62,314 nucleotides of DNA from Chloroflexota bacterium (GCA_036741795.1 DAINRO010000003.1:1-62314), one strand, 5' to 3'; counted from the stretch's first letter, positions 1 to 9,629 are shown. Notes: generated by a model from the letters alone, not told the origin. Made by a program: numbers and translations.

Positions 1-91
1 CTATGGACATATTCCACGACCTTGCGGGAGGTGGCTGGTTCCGGCAGTCTTACGGGTGAATGCACCCTAGTTGTGCACCTCTGATTAGCCG

Positions 92-809
92 ATGATCCTT
101 CCCCGGGCTCTCCTCCTCGATCTCGACGACACGATCCTGGATGACAGTGGCTGCGTCGATGAATGTTGGGCGGAGGCTGCTACACGGGGCAGTAGCCTGG
201 TTCCGGGTCTGACCGCAATCGCATTGCAAGAGGCGATCCGTGAGTGCGGAAGCTGGTGGTGGTCTGACGCCGAGCGCAATCGCCGTGGCAGATTGGATCT
301 GCGTGCCGCGACAACGGTGGTAGTTGGCGAATCTCTTCACCGGCTTGGTTTCCAGGACACAGCTGCCGCTGGCGTGATCGCCAATCACTACCGGGACCTG
401 CGGGAAGAGAAGGCACGACTCCATGACGGCGCGCTCGAGACCCTGGAGTGGGCGAGGTCGCAAGGCATCATGCTTGGGCTCATGACTAACGGCGCCGGCC
501 CAGCGCAACGTATCAAAATCGAGCGCTTTGGCCTGGAACGCTTCTTCGGGCACATCGTGATCGAGGGTGAATGCGGCTACGGCAAGCCTGATCTGCGGGT
601 CTACGAAACGTTGCTGGGGGGCTCTAGGGGTCAGACCAAGCGACGCCTGGGCTGTTGGCGACAACCTGGAGGCCGACGTTCGCGGCGCCATGCGGGCCGG
701 GATTCACGGTGTGTGGGTGGACCGTCACGAAAGAGGCATCGCCGACGATGGACCGAAACCGGATCGCGTCATCCGTGAGCTTCGCGACTTGCAGAACCAC
801 CTCGGCTAG
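92..809 (+). pseudogene. HAD-superfamily hydrolase (phosphatase-like), frame broken by a 1-nt indel in a G6 run
   Basis: ORF 92-778 opens with HAD motif I (LLLDLDDTILD) and reaches the conserved Lys region (GYGKPD). The expected C-terminal motif (AVGDNLEADVRGAMRAGIHGVWVD) lies in ORF 567-809 in another frame. Deleting one G from gggggg (616-621) gives a continuous ...YETLLGALGVRPSDAWAVGDNLEADV... protein. Confidence 0.7.
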
Positions 810-828
810 GTTCCGCGACAGACTCTAC

Positions 829-858
829 TTGACGAAAACGAACGTATGTTCTTATGTT
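829..858 (+). promoter_or_regulatory. putative dnaE2 promoter (-35 TTGACG, 18-nt spacer, -10 TATGTT) with an embedded LexA-type GAAC-N4-GTTC box at 840-851
   Basis: TTGACG at 829-834 and TATGTT at 853-858. The perfect palindrome GAACGTATGTTC at 840-851 lies in the spacer, 26 nt upstream of the ATG at 877. Confidence 0.5.
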
Positions 859-876
859 GTCTGAGCGGATGGATAT

Positions 877-3800
877 ATGGCCCCTTATACCGAACTGCAC
901 TGTCACTCCAACTTCTCTTATCTCGAAGGAGCTTCGCACATCGAGGAGCTTGTTCTTCGTGCCCGCGAACTGGGGTATGAATCGCTTGCGCTGACCGATC
1001 ACGACGGGCTACACGGGGCGATGGAGTTCGCGCAGGCAGCTCGCGCCTGGGGGATGAAGCCGATCACTGGCGCCGAGATTACGCTCGATTCCGGCCATCA
1101 CCTGACGCTCCTTTGCCGAAACAGCCGCGGTTACGCCAACCTCTGTCGGATCATTTCTCATGCCCATCTGGATCATGTTAGAGGCGAACCCTTCGTTGCC
1201 CCCACTTTCCTGGCCAATCACACCGACGGCTTGATCGCTCTGTCTGGGTGCAAGCAGGGGCTGGTGCCCGCCCTGGTAGCCGCTGGAAGGCACCGCGAAG
1301 CTGAGGAAGCCGCACAAGCATACGTTTCGTCGTTCGGGGCGGACAACTTCTTCCTCGAATTGCAGAGCAACCTCGTCTACGGCGACCTTCAGCGGAACCA
1401 CCAACTCGCCGTGCTCGCCGACCATCTCGGCATCGGCGCTGTCGCCACCGGGAACGTCCATTACCACGAGCGCGATCGGCATCGCCTCCAGGATGTCCTA
1501 GTCGCGATCAAAAACCGGACTTCCTTGGATGCCAGCCATGAATTACGGCGGGAGAATTCTGAGTTCTACCTTCGGTCTCAGCCTCAGATAGCGGAGGCGT
1601 TCCATGATTTTCCGGAAGCGGTGGCCCGCACCAGGGACGTTGCCGAACGATGCGAGTTTGATCTGACCAAAGACCTGGAGTACCGGTTCCCGGATCACCC
1701 GGTACCCAGCGGAGAATCTCAGGAGTCGTACCTCCGAAAAATTTGCCACCAGGAAGCGGCTCTTCGTTACCCGCGCTTAGAGTGCAGAATTAAGGAGCGG
1801 CTGGAAGAAGAGCTGCGGCTGATCGAACATCACGGCCTCTCTGGTTTCTTCCTGATCCACCGGGAGATCTTGCGTCTGGCAGAGGAAGTAGCGTTGCAGA
1901 TCAAGGGGCGGCCATACCACGGACCGCCAGGCCGGGGTAGGGGTTCCTCGGTTGGCTCAGTGGTCTGCTACCTGATCGGCCTCTCTCACATCGACCCCAT
2001 AGCCAACGACCTATTCCTGGGCCGCTTCCTTAACGAGGAGATGGCATCAGTTCCCGATATTGATCTCGATTTCCCCCGTGACATCAGGGAGAAGCTGATG
2101 CTCCGGATGTATGAGCATTTCGGTAGCGAGCATGTCGGGCTCGTTGCCGCCTTCCCGACTTACCGGATCAGGGGCGCGGTCCGCGAGGTCGGAAAGGCGC
2201 TTGGTCTCCCGGCTGCGGAAATCGACCGGCTGGCAAAAGTGAGCGATGGGCATTCGGCAAAACACGTCCGAGAGGAGATGCAGAGTGACAGTGGTTTCCG
2301 CGAGAAACTGGGGTCTCGCGGCTGGGGGTTGCTCGCCGACCTCGTCGAGCAGATCGCCGGGTTTCCGCGCCATATTTCGCAGCATGTCGGGGGAATGGTG
2401 ATTTCGTCGCAGCCCCTCATCGAGTGTGTGCCGATGGAACAGTCGGCGATGGAAGGGCGAGTCCTCATCCAGTGGGATAAGGATTCCGTGGACGACGCTC
2501 GGATGATCAAGGTCGATTTCCTCGCCCTCGGGATGCTATCCGCCCAGGACGAGTGTTTGGAACTGATCGAAGAGCACAGGGGAAGGAAGATTGACCTTTC
2601 TCGCATCGACTTCAAGGACAAACGGGTCTTCGACGGGATCTGTGCCGCGGACACGATGGGCGTGTTCCAGATCGAATCGCGAGCCCAGATGCAGAGTCTG
2701 CCGCGGGTCAGGCCCCGGACCCTGGACGATCTGACAGTGCAGGTCGCGATCATTCGGCCCGGGCCGATCGTTGGCGGCTCAGTTAATCCATATATCGCGC
2801 GCCGAATGGGCAAAGAGAAAGTGGTCTTCGATGACCCTGGCCTGGAGCCTGTGCTGGGCGAAACGTTGGGGGTAATCCTTTATCAAGAGCAGGTCCTGCA
2901 GGTTGCCATGGCCATTGCCGGCTTTTCGGCAGGACAGGCGGAGGGGTTGCGACGGGCGATGAGCCGCAAGCGTTCACGCGAGGCGATGGAGAAGCACAAG
3001 CAGACATTCATTGAGGGCTGCCTTGGCCGTGGTGTGTCGATAGAAGTCGCGGAGCGCGTCTTCGTCAAGATCGCCGGTTTTGCCGAGTTCGGTTTCCCGA
3101 AGGCACACGCCGCCGCCTTCGGGTTGCTCGCCTACCAGACAGCGTGGCTGCGGACTTACTACGCGCCGGAGTTCCTCTGCGCCCTCTTCAACGCCCAGCC
3201 AATGGGGTTCTACGCGCCACACGTCCTCGTGAACGACGGCAAGCGCCACGGCGTGCCTGTCCTTCCAGTCGACATAAATCTGAGCGATGCAGACTGCGCT
3301 GTTGAGGAAGTGACCCCGGGCGCGGATATCTTGCCTGGAGTTCCAGGAGGTAGCCTCGGGGTGCGCATTGGCGTTCGCTACGTGCGGGGAATGGGCTCGG
3401 AAAAAGGCGCCAGGGAGGTAGAGGATGTCCGAAAGCAAGGCGGGCCGTACCGATCTTTGTTCGACCTCTTGGAACGGACGTGCCTGAGCAGGGAACAGGT
3501 CGACAACCTGATTGCCTGCGGCGCGTTCGACAGCCTGGGGCTGGAGCGGCGCGAGTTGCTCTGGCAGCTCGGCCTGCTCTACCGACCTGAAGGCCGGGGG
3601 AAAGCGAACCGGCAGCTGGCCCTTCCTCTACCGACTATCCAGGACATGCCTTCCGGCGCGGGTTTCTACCTGCGGCCGATGAGCCAGTGGGAGAAGATGC
3701 GCGCCGACTACCTGGTTACCGGCATGTCGCCGCTCCATCACCCGATGCAATTTGCGAGGCCCGGCCTGCACGAAGGTATTGTGCCGACGAAGATGGCGGA

Positions 3801-4110
3801 ATCGCTCGACAACGGCCGGGTGGTGGAGATCGCGGGTCTAGTCGTTTGCCGGCAGCGCCCGGGTACAGCCAAAGGCTTCGTCTTCATGGTCCTGGAGGAT
3901 GAGTACGGGCTCGTCAACGTCATCGTTAAGCCGCCGCTTTACGAGCGGTCCCGTCCGATCGTGCGGGGAGAACCGTTCCTAATCGTTAAGGGAGAACTGC
4001 AACGGCGGGACGGGATCACCAATCTCATGGCTCAGAAGCTAACGCCATTCAACGTGGGCGAGCTATCCCCTGCGGCTCACAACTTCGGCTACGGGCACAG
4101 CCATCGCTGA
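877..4110 (+). CDS. dnaE2: error-prone DNA polymerase III alpha-type subunit (DnaE2/ImuC-like)
   Basis: 1077-aa ORF with an N-terminal PHP motif (YTELHCHSNFSYLEGASHIEELV) and Pol III alpha core motifs (GVFQIESRAQM, VAIIRPGPI, YQEQV). Length and N-terminus fit the DnaE2 subgroup rather than longer replicative DnaE. An SOS-type box sits in its promoter. Confidence 0.8.
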   Translation: MAPYTELHCHSNFSYLEGASHIEELVLRARELGYESLALTDHDGLHGAMEFAQAARAWGMKPITGAEITLDSGHHLTLLCRNSRGYANLCRIISHAHLDHVRGEPFVAPTFLANHTDGLIALSGCKQGLVPALVAAGRHREAEEAAQAYVSSFGADNFFLELQSNLVYGDLQRNHQLAVLADHLGIGAVATGNVHYHERDRHRLQDVLVAIKNRTSLDASHELRRENSEFYLRSQPQIAEAFHDFPEAVARTRDVAERCEFDLTKDLEYRFPDHPVPSGESQESYLRKICHQEAALRYPRLECRIKERLEEELRLIEHHGLSGFFLIHREILRLAEEVALQIKGRPYHGPPGRGRGSSVGSVVCYLIGLSHIDPIANDLFLGRFLNEEMASVPDIDLDFPRDIREKLMLRMYEHFGSEHVGLVAAFPTYRIRGAVREVGKALGLPAAEIDRLAKVSDGHSAKHVREEMQSDSGFREKLGSRGWGLLADLVEQIAGFPRHISQHVGGMVISSQPLIECVPMEQSAMEGRVLIQWDKDSVDDARMIKVDFLALGMLSAQDECLELIEEHRGRKIDLSRIDFKDKRVFDGICAADTMGVFQIESRAQMQSLPRVRPRTLDDLTVQVAIIRPGPIVGGSVNPYIARRMGKEKVVFDDPGLEPVLGETLGVILYQEQVLQVAMAIAGFSAGQAEGLRRAMSRKRSREAMEKHKQTFIEGCLGRGVSIEVAERVFVKIAGFAEFGFPKAHAAAFGLLAYQTAWLRTYYAPEFLCALFNAQPMGFYAPHVLVNDGKRHGVPVLPVDINLSDADCAVEEVTPGADILPGVPGGSLGVRIGVRYVRGMGSEKGAREVEDVRKQGGPYRSLFDLLERTCLSREQVDNLIACGAFDSLGLERRELLWQLGLLYRPEGRGKANRQLALPLPTIQDMPSGAGFYLRPMSQWEKMRADYLVTGMSPLHHPMQFARPGLHEGIVPTKMAESLDNGRVVEIAGLVVCRQRPGTAKGFVFMVLEDEYGLVNVIVKPPLYERSRPIVRGEPFLIVKGELQRRDGITNLMAQKLTPFNVGELSPAAHNFGYGHSHR

Positions 4111-4149
4111 CGATGTAGCATAGGCTTCACATCGCCTGGCGGAGGAGTC

Positions 4150-5325
4150 ATGACCACAACCTCGACCGAAATTCACGGTATCTGTAAGGACGGCTTCCAG
4201 CGAGTCAAAGAAGCATTCGCGAGTAACTTCGCCGATCATGGTGATGTAGGGGCAGCGCTCGCCCTGGTAGTCGACGGTGAGATCGTCGTCGATATCTGGG
4301 GAGGCCACGCGGACGCACAGAGGACGCAGCTCTGGGAGCAGGACACCATCGTCAACGTCTTCTCGACGACCAAGGGGGTTGTCGCCACCTGTGCCAATCG
4401 CTTGATCGAGGAAGGCCGGCTGGATCCCGAGGCCCCCGTCGCCCGGTACTGGCCAGAGTTCGCCCAGGCAGGGAAGGAAACACTGCCAGTCAAGTACATC
4501 CTCAACCACCGCGCCGGCCTGCCGGCGATCGATAACCTCCTTCCGCGGGAAGCCACCTATGAGTGGGCACCATTCATCGAGGCGTTGGCCGCCCAGAAGC
4601 CATGGTGGGAACCGGGGACGAAGCATGGCTATCACACGGTCACATTCGGACACCTCGTGGGAGAGTTGGTGCGCAGAGTCACCAGGACATCAGTTGGCAC
4701 CTACTGGCGCACTGAGATCGCCGAACCCGCGGGCATCGACTTTCACATCGGCTTCGGCCCAGAGCTGGACGGTCGATGTGCCGAAGTCATCCCGGCGCCA
4801 CTCCAGATGCCCGACCTTAATCATCCGCTGGGCAAGGCCATCCTGGATCCGTCCTCAATCACGTTCAAATCGTACATGGTCACTCCGGAGCCAATGCTCA
4901 ATCCCGCGTACATGAATTCGCGTCAATGGCGCGGTGCCGAAATACCGGCCGGAAACGGGCATGGCAACGCACGCGCCCTGGCCCGCATGTACGGCGCTCT
5001 CGCCACCGGCGGAAGCATCGATGGCTTTCAGATTCTCGCTTCCAGCACCGTGGTCGAGGCTTCAATGGAGCAGTCATATGGTTCGGATGCCGTTGTGTTC
5101 TACCCGACGCGGTTCGGCCGCGGCTACGCGCTTGCGGTCCCGGAATATGCGCTCAACCAGGGCAGCACCCTGTTCGGCCATGGCGGGTTGGGCGGATCGT
5201 TCGGGTATGCCGATCCGGTCGCAAGGCTCGGATTCAGCTACACGATGAACAAGATGATTTCATCGCCCGTGGACATAGACCCGCGCTGGAGAGCGATGTT
5301 CGACTCCGTCTACGCGTCTCTCTAG
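4150..5325 (+). CDS. serine hydrolase, beta-lactamase/family VIII esterase-like
   Basis: 391 aa. S-x-x-K nucleophile motif (FSTTKGV) near the N-terminus and an LNHRAGL motif typical of the class C beta-lactamase-like fold. Confidence 0.7.
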   Translation: MTTTSTEIHGICKDGFQRVKEAFASNFADHGDVGAALALVVDGEIVVDIWGGHADAQRTQLWEQDTIVNVFSTTKGVVATCANRLIEEGRLDPEAPVARYWPEFAQAGKETLPVKYILNHRAGLPAIDNLLPREATYEWAPFIEALAAQKPWWEPGTKHGYHTVTFGHLVGELVRRVTRTSVGTYWRTEIAEPAGIDFHIGFGPELDGRCAEVIPAPLQMPDLNHPLGKAILDPSSITFKSYMVTPEPMLNPAYMNSRQWRGAEIPAGNGHGNARALARMYGALATGGSIDGFQILASSTVVEASMEQSYGSDAVVFYPTRFGRGYALAVPEYALNQGSTLFGHGGLGGSFGYADPVARLGFSYTMNKMISSPVDIDPRWRAMFDSVYASL

Positions 5326-5888
5326 GCAGGCTTACGCGCGCGGAACCAAACGCTGTACTCGTTGCCGCCGACATTAATGTCGGTGAACCCGGCCCGGCCC
5401 AACCGCTCACCGAACGTTCCCTCGTCGACAGGCACGCACGTATCCATCACGTGAAATACCTTGAAGCGAAACGACGATTTGCTGTCGGACCCCATGAAGG
5501 TTGCACCGGGCTTGAGGACACGGCAGGTCTCGAGAAGCAGCCGGTCCTGTTGCTCGATGGAGGGGACGTGGTGGAGCATCGTGAAGCAGACTGCGCCCGT
5601 GAAAGATGCATCGGGGAAGGGCATCTTGGTGCCGTCCCCCTCCACGATCGTTGCATTGGTACCGGCCATCCGCTCCTTGAGCGCTTCCGCCAGATCGTGG
5701 TCGATCTCGATCGCCGTCAGAGCCGGGACCCGCTCGCGGATCCACTCAGTCGTCCTTCCTGGGCCCGGGCCGATCTCAATCGCATTTTCGCCGAGGTCAA
5801 GGTCTTTGAATGCGTTGGGGAGCATGTACTCCTGGACGACCTTTGCCCAGCTATCCGAGCGGCAGTACCAGCGATGCAATAGGTTCAT
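5322..5888 (-). CDS. class I SAM-dependent methyltransferase
   Basis: 188 aa. SAM-binding motif I (AIEIGPGPGRTT) followed by an acidic loop (AIEID). Its 3' end overlaps the convergent hydrolase gene by 4 nt. Confidence 0.7.
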   Translation of the reverse strand: MNLLHRWYCRSDSWAKVVQEYMLPNAFKDLDLGENAIEIGPGPGRTTEWIRERVPALTAIEIDHDLAEALKERMAGTNATIVEGDGTKMPFPDASFTGAVCFTMLHHVPSIEQQDRLLLETCRVLKPGATFMGSDSKSSFRFKVFHVMDTCVPVDEGTFGERLGRAGFTDINVGGNEYSVWFRARKPA

Positions 5889-5943
5889 TCCGGGAGTATA
5901 GCCATCTTGCCCCGGCGGCAGCCAATCCCTAGCCTAGTGGCCA

Positions 5944-6810
5944 ATGATGCCAGTACTCGCCAGCGATTGGGACGACATCGAAGCGTGGTTGAAGGCCAAT
6001 GGCACCGATATTCTGATCATCATCGGAGTCGTCGTTGGAGTGAGAATCGCCTGGACGGCGTTTTTTCCGAAAGTAGCCCGCGCCGCGATGATGTCAGGCG
6101 CTCATCCACCGGACGCCGAAATGGAACGCCGGGCGGACACAATTATTGGGGTCGTCAACTACGGATTCACGTTCTTTCTAATCATCGTTGCGTCGGTGAT
6201 GGTCATGACGGAGTTCGGCGTCGATGTTACTGCCTTGGTGGCCGGGTTGGGCATCACCGGACTGGCGTTGGCGATGGGTTCCCAGCAGTTCGTGAAGGAC
6301 GCCATCAACGGCATCTTCCTGCTGGCGGAGGACCAGTACCGCACGGGAGACGTAGTTACGATCGCCGAAACCACCGGCACTGTGGAGCAGATCACCCTCA
6401 GGCGCACGGTGCTTCGCGACGCTGACGGCGTGGTCCACTCGGTACCCAATGGGAGCATAGCTGTGGTATCGAATCACACCCGGGACTACGCCGTCGTGAA
6501 TATCCAGGCCCGCATCGGAGTGAACGACGATGTCGAAAAGGCGAAAGCTCTCCTCGTCGAGACTGGCCGCGCGGCGATGGAGGACAGCAACCTGTCTTCA
6601 TTGATCACCGAGGAGCCAACTGTCCTCGGCGTATCAGCGGTTGACGATGGCGCGATGACAATCACAGTTACCGTGCGCACCACGCCCACCGGCCGCTGGG
6701 AGGTTGAGCGAGAACTAAGGGAGCGCCTCGCCGCGGCGCTGAAGAACGAAGGGTTCAAACCTTCCAGCCCGCCTATCAGCCCGGGAGCGAATCGCGGCGG
6801 CACGCCCTAG
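5944..6810 (+). CDS. small-conductance mechanosensitive channel (MscS family)
   Basis: 288 aa. N-terminal TM helices followed by the MscS beta-domain pattern (GDVVTIAETTGTVEQITLRRTVLRDADGVVHSVPNGSI). Confidence 0.8.
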   Translation: MMPVLASDWDDIEAWLKANGTDILIIIGVVVGVRIAWTAFFPKVARAAMMSGAHPPDAEMERRADTIIGVVNYGFTFFLIIVASVMVMTEFGVDVTALVAGLGITGLALAMGSQQFVKDAINGIFLLAEDQYRTGDVVTIAETTGTVEQITLRRTVLRDADGVVHSVPNGSIAVVSNHTRDYAVVNIQARIGVNDDVEKAKALLVETGRAAMEDSNLSSLITEEPTVLGVSAVDDGAMTITVTVRTTPTGRWEVERELRERLAAALKNEGFKPSSPPISPGANRGGTP

Positions 6811-6976
6811 CCGCGAAACTTGATGTAACGCGTCATGCCGATGTTACGTCTATGGAAGCAAGACAGAAAATGCGCAGCAGTTAACCTCCTGCATAAGGGC
6901 GCGTTTAACCGTCTGTAACACCGACAATTTCAGGGGCGACCTCCTTCTGGTCCGCCAGCAATTGGCGGATTATAGC

Positions 6977-7014
6977 GAGAGGCAGTCAGGGGCGGGCTGC
7001 CTCTCGTGCTTTCT
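6977..7014 (+). terminator. GC-rich hairpin with T-rich tail (possible intrinsic terminator)
   Basis: 9-bp stem GAGAGGCAG (6977-6985) / CTGCCTCTC (6997-7005) with an 11-nt loop, followed by GTGCTTTCT. A second hairpin, CCGCCA-gcaat-TGGCGG, lies at 6952-6968. Confidence 0.3.
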
Positions 7015-7050
7015 GGGACATTGCGCCCACGTCTCTTCTTCCAGCTCGTC

Positions 7051-7641
7051 TTATGAAGTCTTCTCTTCCAGTAGCGACCTGATTTCGGTGATCGTAGCGT
7101 CGCGCCACCCAGCCCAAATCGGTCCCTGCTGAAACTCGTCGCTCCGGCGCCGCATCTCCTGGATATCCTTCTCGCGGTCGAGCCCTTCGAAGAGGTCGCG
7201 CATGGTGTCCAGTTCCGCCTCCGCCTTGGCAGGGCGCTCAATCCAGTGCGTGATGTACTGGTGATCGCGCGTGTAGAAGACGGCCACAGGAATTGACTGA
7301 TACTGACCGTCTTTCAGGAACTCGTCCATGATGTCCAGGTTCTCGTCGCGCGGGAAAGCGCGGAAGTCCCACCCCGCCGCCTCGGCGATTCGCACGAGGA
7401 CGGGAAGGCCTCTAAAGACGTCCGGGCACCAGTCTTCTCCCAGTACGAGGACTCGGGCGGCTCCGCCGTCTCTCGCGGTTAGCTCTTTTAGGGCCGCGGC
7501 GTCGTCGGGCGATACTGCCGTGTTTTCATAGTTGTGTTGAAACTTGGGCACGTTTCTCTTGATGTGAGCCATCCAATCGGGCCAGGTCATGCCCTGGTCG
7601 AAGCGCTCCCTCGTCACTACACTTTCCTTTTGCTGAGTCAT
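7051..7641 (-). CDS. thioredoxin-fold family protein (single-Cys WCPD motif)
   Basis: 196 aa. LVLGEDWCPDVFRGLP resembles a thioredoxin-like active-site region but has only one Cys. Confidence 0.5.
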   Translation of the reverse strand: MTQQKESVVTRERFDQGMTWPDWMAHIKRNVPKFQHNYENTAVSPDDAAALKELTARDGGAARVLVLGEDWCPDVFRGLPVLVRIAEAAGWDFRAFPRDENLDIMDEFLKDGQYQSIPVAVFYTRDHQYITHWIERPAKAEAELDTMRDLFEGLDREKDIQEMRRRSDEFQQGPIWAGWRDATITEIRSLLEEKTS

Positions 7642-7666
7642 CCCAACCCTCCTTCGCCTAGACAGT

Positions 7667-8500
7667 CTAACCGGTACCCGTTGACCCGGCTTGTCTTGCT
7701 TCTTCCCAGAGATTCAGCTTGGTTTGAAGATCAGTCGCCGGGAGGTCGATTTGGCGCCCAACCGCGATGTCCTCAACTCTCGAGAATCTTGCCGCGAATC
7801 GCGAGCTTGCCAGGGTGAGCGCATCCTCGGCGTCAATGCCGAGGGAACGCACCAGGTTCGCCAGGGCGAAAAGGGCGTCACCGGCCTCCAGCTTCTGGCC
7901 TTTCTCCTCCGCATCCCGCAATTCCTCCAGTTCCTCCGTGAGCGCCGCCCAGTACTCTTCGCTGCGCTCCCACTCGAATCCCACCTTGCCCGCACGGCGT
8001 TGCAGCGCCTGGGCGTAGGCGAGGGCGGGCAGCGTCCCTGGAATCCCGGCGATGGCCGACTGCTCTCCGCGCTCCTTTTTCTTCAGTTCATCCCACTGCT
8101 CCACCACCGCTTCCGGCGTCGAAGCTGACGAATCCGCGAACACGTGTGGGTGACGGCGCACCAGCTTGGACGATACGTCGTAGATCACATCTGCCATCGT
8201 GAAGTCGCTGCTCTCCGACGCGAGTTGCGTTTGGAGAATGACCTCGAACAAGAGGTCGGCGAGTTCCTCGCGCAATTTCGCCGGATCGCCACTGTCCAGG
8301 GCATCGAGCACCTCCGCAGTTTCTTCCAGGAGATATGGTCGGAGAGAATCTGGCGTCTGAACGCGATCCCAGGGACACCCGTCCGGGCCTCGCAGGGTTG
8401 CGACCAATTCGCACAGACCGGCAAACGTCCGCATGCTCTCTTCGGAGGGAATTGGTTGGCTCATCGCCGTTGATGATAGCGCAGGTAAACTCGTTGACAC
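7667..8500 (-). CDS. mazG: nucleoside triphosphate pyrophosphohydrolase MazG
   Basis: 277 aa. CPWDRVQTPDSLRPYLLEETAEVLDA motif plus a second EEL(E/A)D repeat, consistent with tandem MazG domains. Confidence 0.85.
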   Translation of the reverse strand: MSTSLPALSSTAMSQPIPSEESMRTFAGLCELVATLRGPDGCPWDRVQTPDSLRPYLLEETAEVLDALDSGDPAKLREELADLLFEVILQTQLASESSDFTMADVIYDVSSKLVRRHPHVFADSSASTPEAVVEQWDELKKKERGEQSAIAGIPGTLPALAYAQALQRRAGKVGFEWERSEEYWAALTEELEELRDAEEKGQKLEAGDALFALANLVRSLGIDAEDALTLASSRFAARFSRVEDIAVGRQIDLPATDLQTKLNLWEEARQAGSTGTG

Positions 8501-8521
8501 CCTTTCGCGTTACTACCTACG

Positions 8522-9346
8522 ATGAATTCGACGAGACCGATGTTCACTCGTAAACCAGATACTGAACTTGGCACATTGCGCACGCTGCTGCTCGTCGTCT
8601 TCGTTCTCGCGATTCCAGTTGCGCTCGTCACCACGACTATTCGAGCCGTGATCTCCGAACAGCGGGTATACGATTACTCGGTGCGGGAGTTCGACGCGGA
8701 GGCAGCGTCGGGGATCCCGGAACCTGAATTGATCCGGGCGAACGGTGACATCCGAGACTACCTCGCCGCGGATTCCAGCAACTCTCTCGCTATTCGCGTG
8801 ACAGATGACACGGGCGAAGATGTAGCCCTGTTCAACGCTAGAGAAGTTGTGCACATGCGCGACGTGCAGGACCTTGTCCAGGTCATGTTCACAGTGCAGA
8901 TGGTGTCCGTGGCCCTGGTGCTCACGCTTGCCGTGATAATGGTCGCCCTCTGGCCGGTACGCGTCCTGGCTGCGGGCCTCCTTTACGGCGCATTTCTTAC
9001 GGGCACGCTATTCGCGGTGGCTGGCGTGGTGGCCCTCAGCGGCTTTGATTCAGCATGGTCGCAATTCCACGGAGTAGCCTTCACGAACGACCTCTGGCAA
9101 CTCGACCCCGACAGAGATCACCTGATCCAGATGTTCCCCGAGGAGTTCTGGTTCCAGGCGACGACGTTGATCGCGGGCGCAGTGCTCCTCGAGGCGATCC
9201 TGATGGCGACGCTCGCCACCGTCTGGCTAGTGTTTGTCAAGGAGACGCCATCCATTGCCCGCGAACTGGAGAGGGTTCCGTTGCCGGGAAGGGCGGGTCA
9301 CTCGAGGCTCACTGGGCCGGACGCGCGACCCGCAGCGCGGCCCTAG
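8522..9346 (+). CDS. integral membrane protein (TIGR01906/DUF1461-like)
   Basis: 274 aa with several predicted TM helices. Conserved-looking FHGVAFTNDLWQLDPDRDHLIQMFPEEFW segment. Family recalled from memory, not searched. Confidence 0.45.
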   Translation: MNSTRPMFTRKPDTELGTLRTLLLVVFVLAIPVALVTTTIRAVISEQRVYDYSVREFDAEAASGIPEPELIRANGDIRDYLAADSSNSLAIRVTDDTGEDVALFNAREVVHMRDVQDLVQVMFTVQMVSVALVLTLAVIMVALWPVRVLAAGLLYGAFLTGTLFAVAGVVALSGFDSAWSQFHGVAFTNDLWQLDPDRDHLIQMFPEEFWFQATTLIAGAVLLEAILMATLATVWLVFVKETPSIARELERVPLPGRAGHSRLTGPDARPAARP

Positions 9347-9349
9347 GCT

Positions 9350-9580
9350 TCAGGCCGAACAGCTACAGCCGCTACATTCTCCGCCACATCCACCGCCACT
9401 TGCTTCTGAGAGGTCACTTCCGTCGCCGCCTGAGTGCACCGCCGCAAACACCGACAGGACTCGCTTGGCGTTAGCATGGCCACTCGGACAGAGCGCCGGG
9501 TCATCCATTCTGGCCACCGGCCTGAGCGCCTCGAACTTCGCACTGCACTTGTCGCAAACGTATTCGTACACGGGCATCAC
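9350..9580 (-). CDS. FmdB-family zinc-ribbon putative regulatory protein
   Basis: 76 aa. MPVYEYVCDKCSAKFE N-terminus is typical of the CxxC_CxxC_SSSS family. Cys/Gly-rich C-terminal tail. Confidence 0.7.
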   Translation of the reverse strand: MMPVYEYVCDKCSAKFEALRPVARMDDPALCPSGHANAKRVLSVFAAVHSGGDGSDLSEASGGGCGGECSGCSCSA

Positions 9581-9629
9581 GTCACCTCGATTATTCGGAC
9601 GAGAACTGAAGGTATTTCGTTAGCGGAAG

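Noticed and set aside
6930-7241. 103-aa minus-strand ORF reaching into the 6811-7050 spacer
   Set aside because: It overlaps the thioredoxin-like gene out of frame and is Arg-rich, so it is likely spurious.
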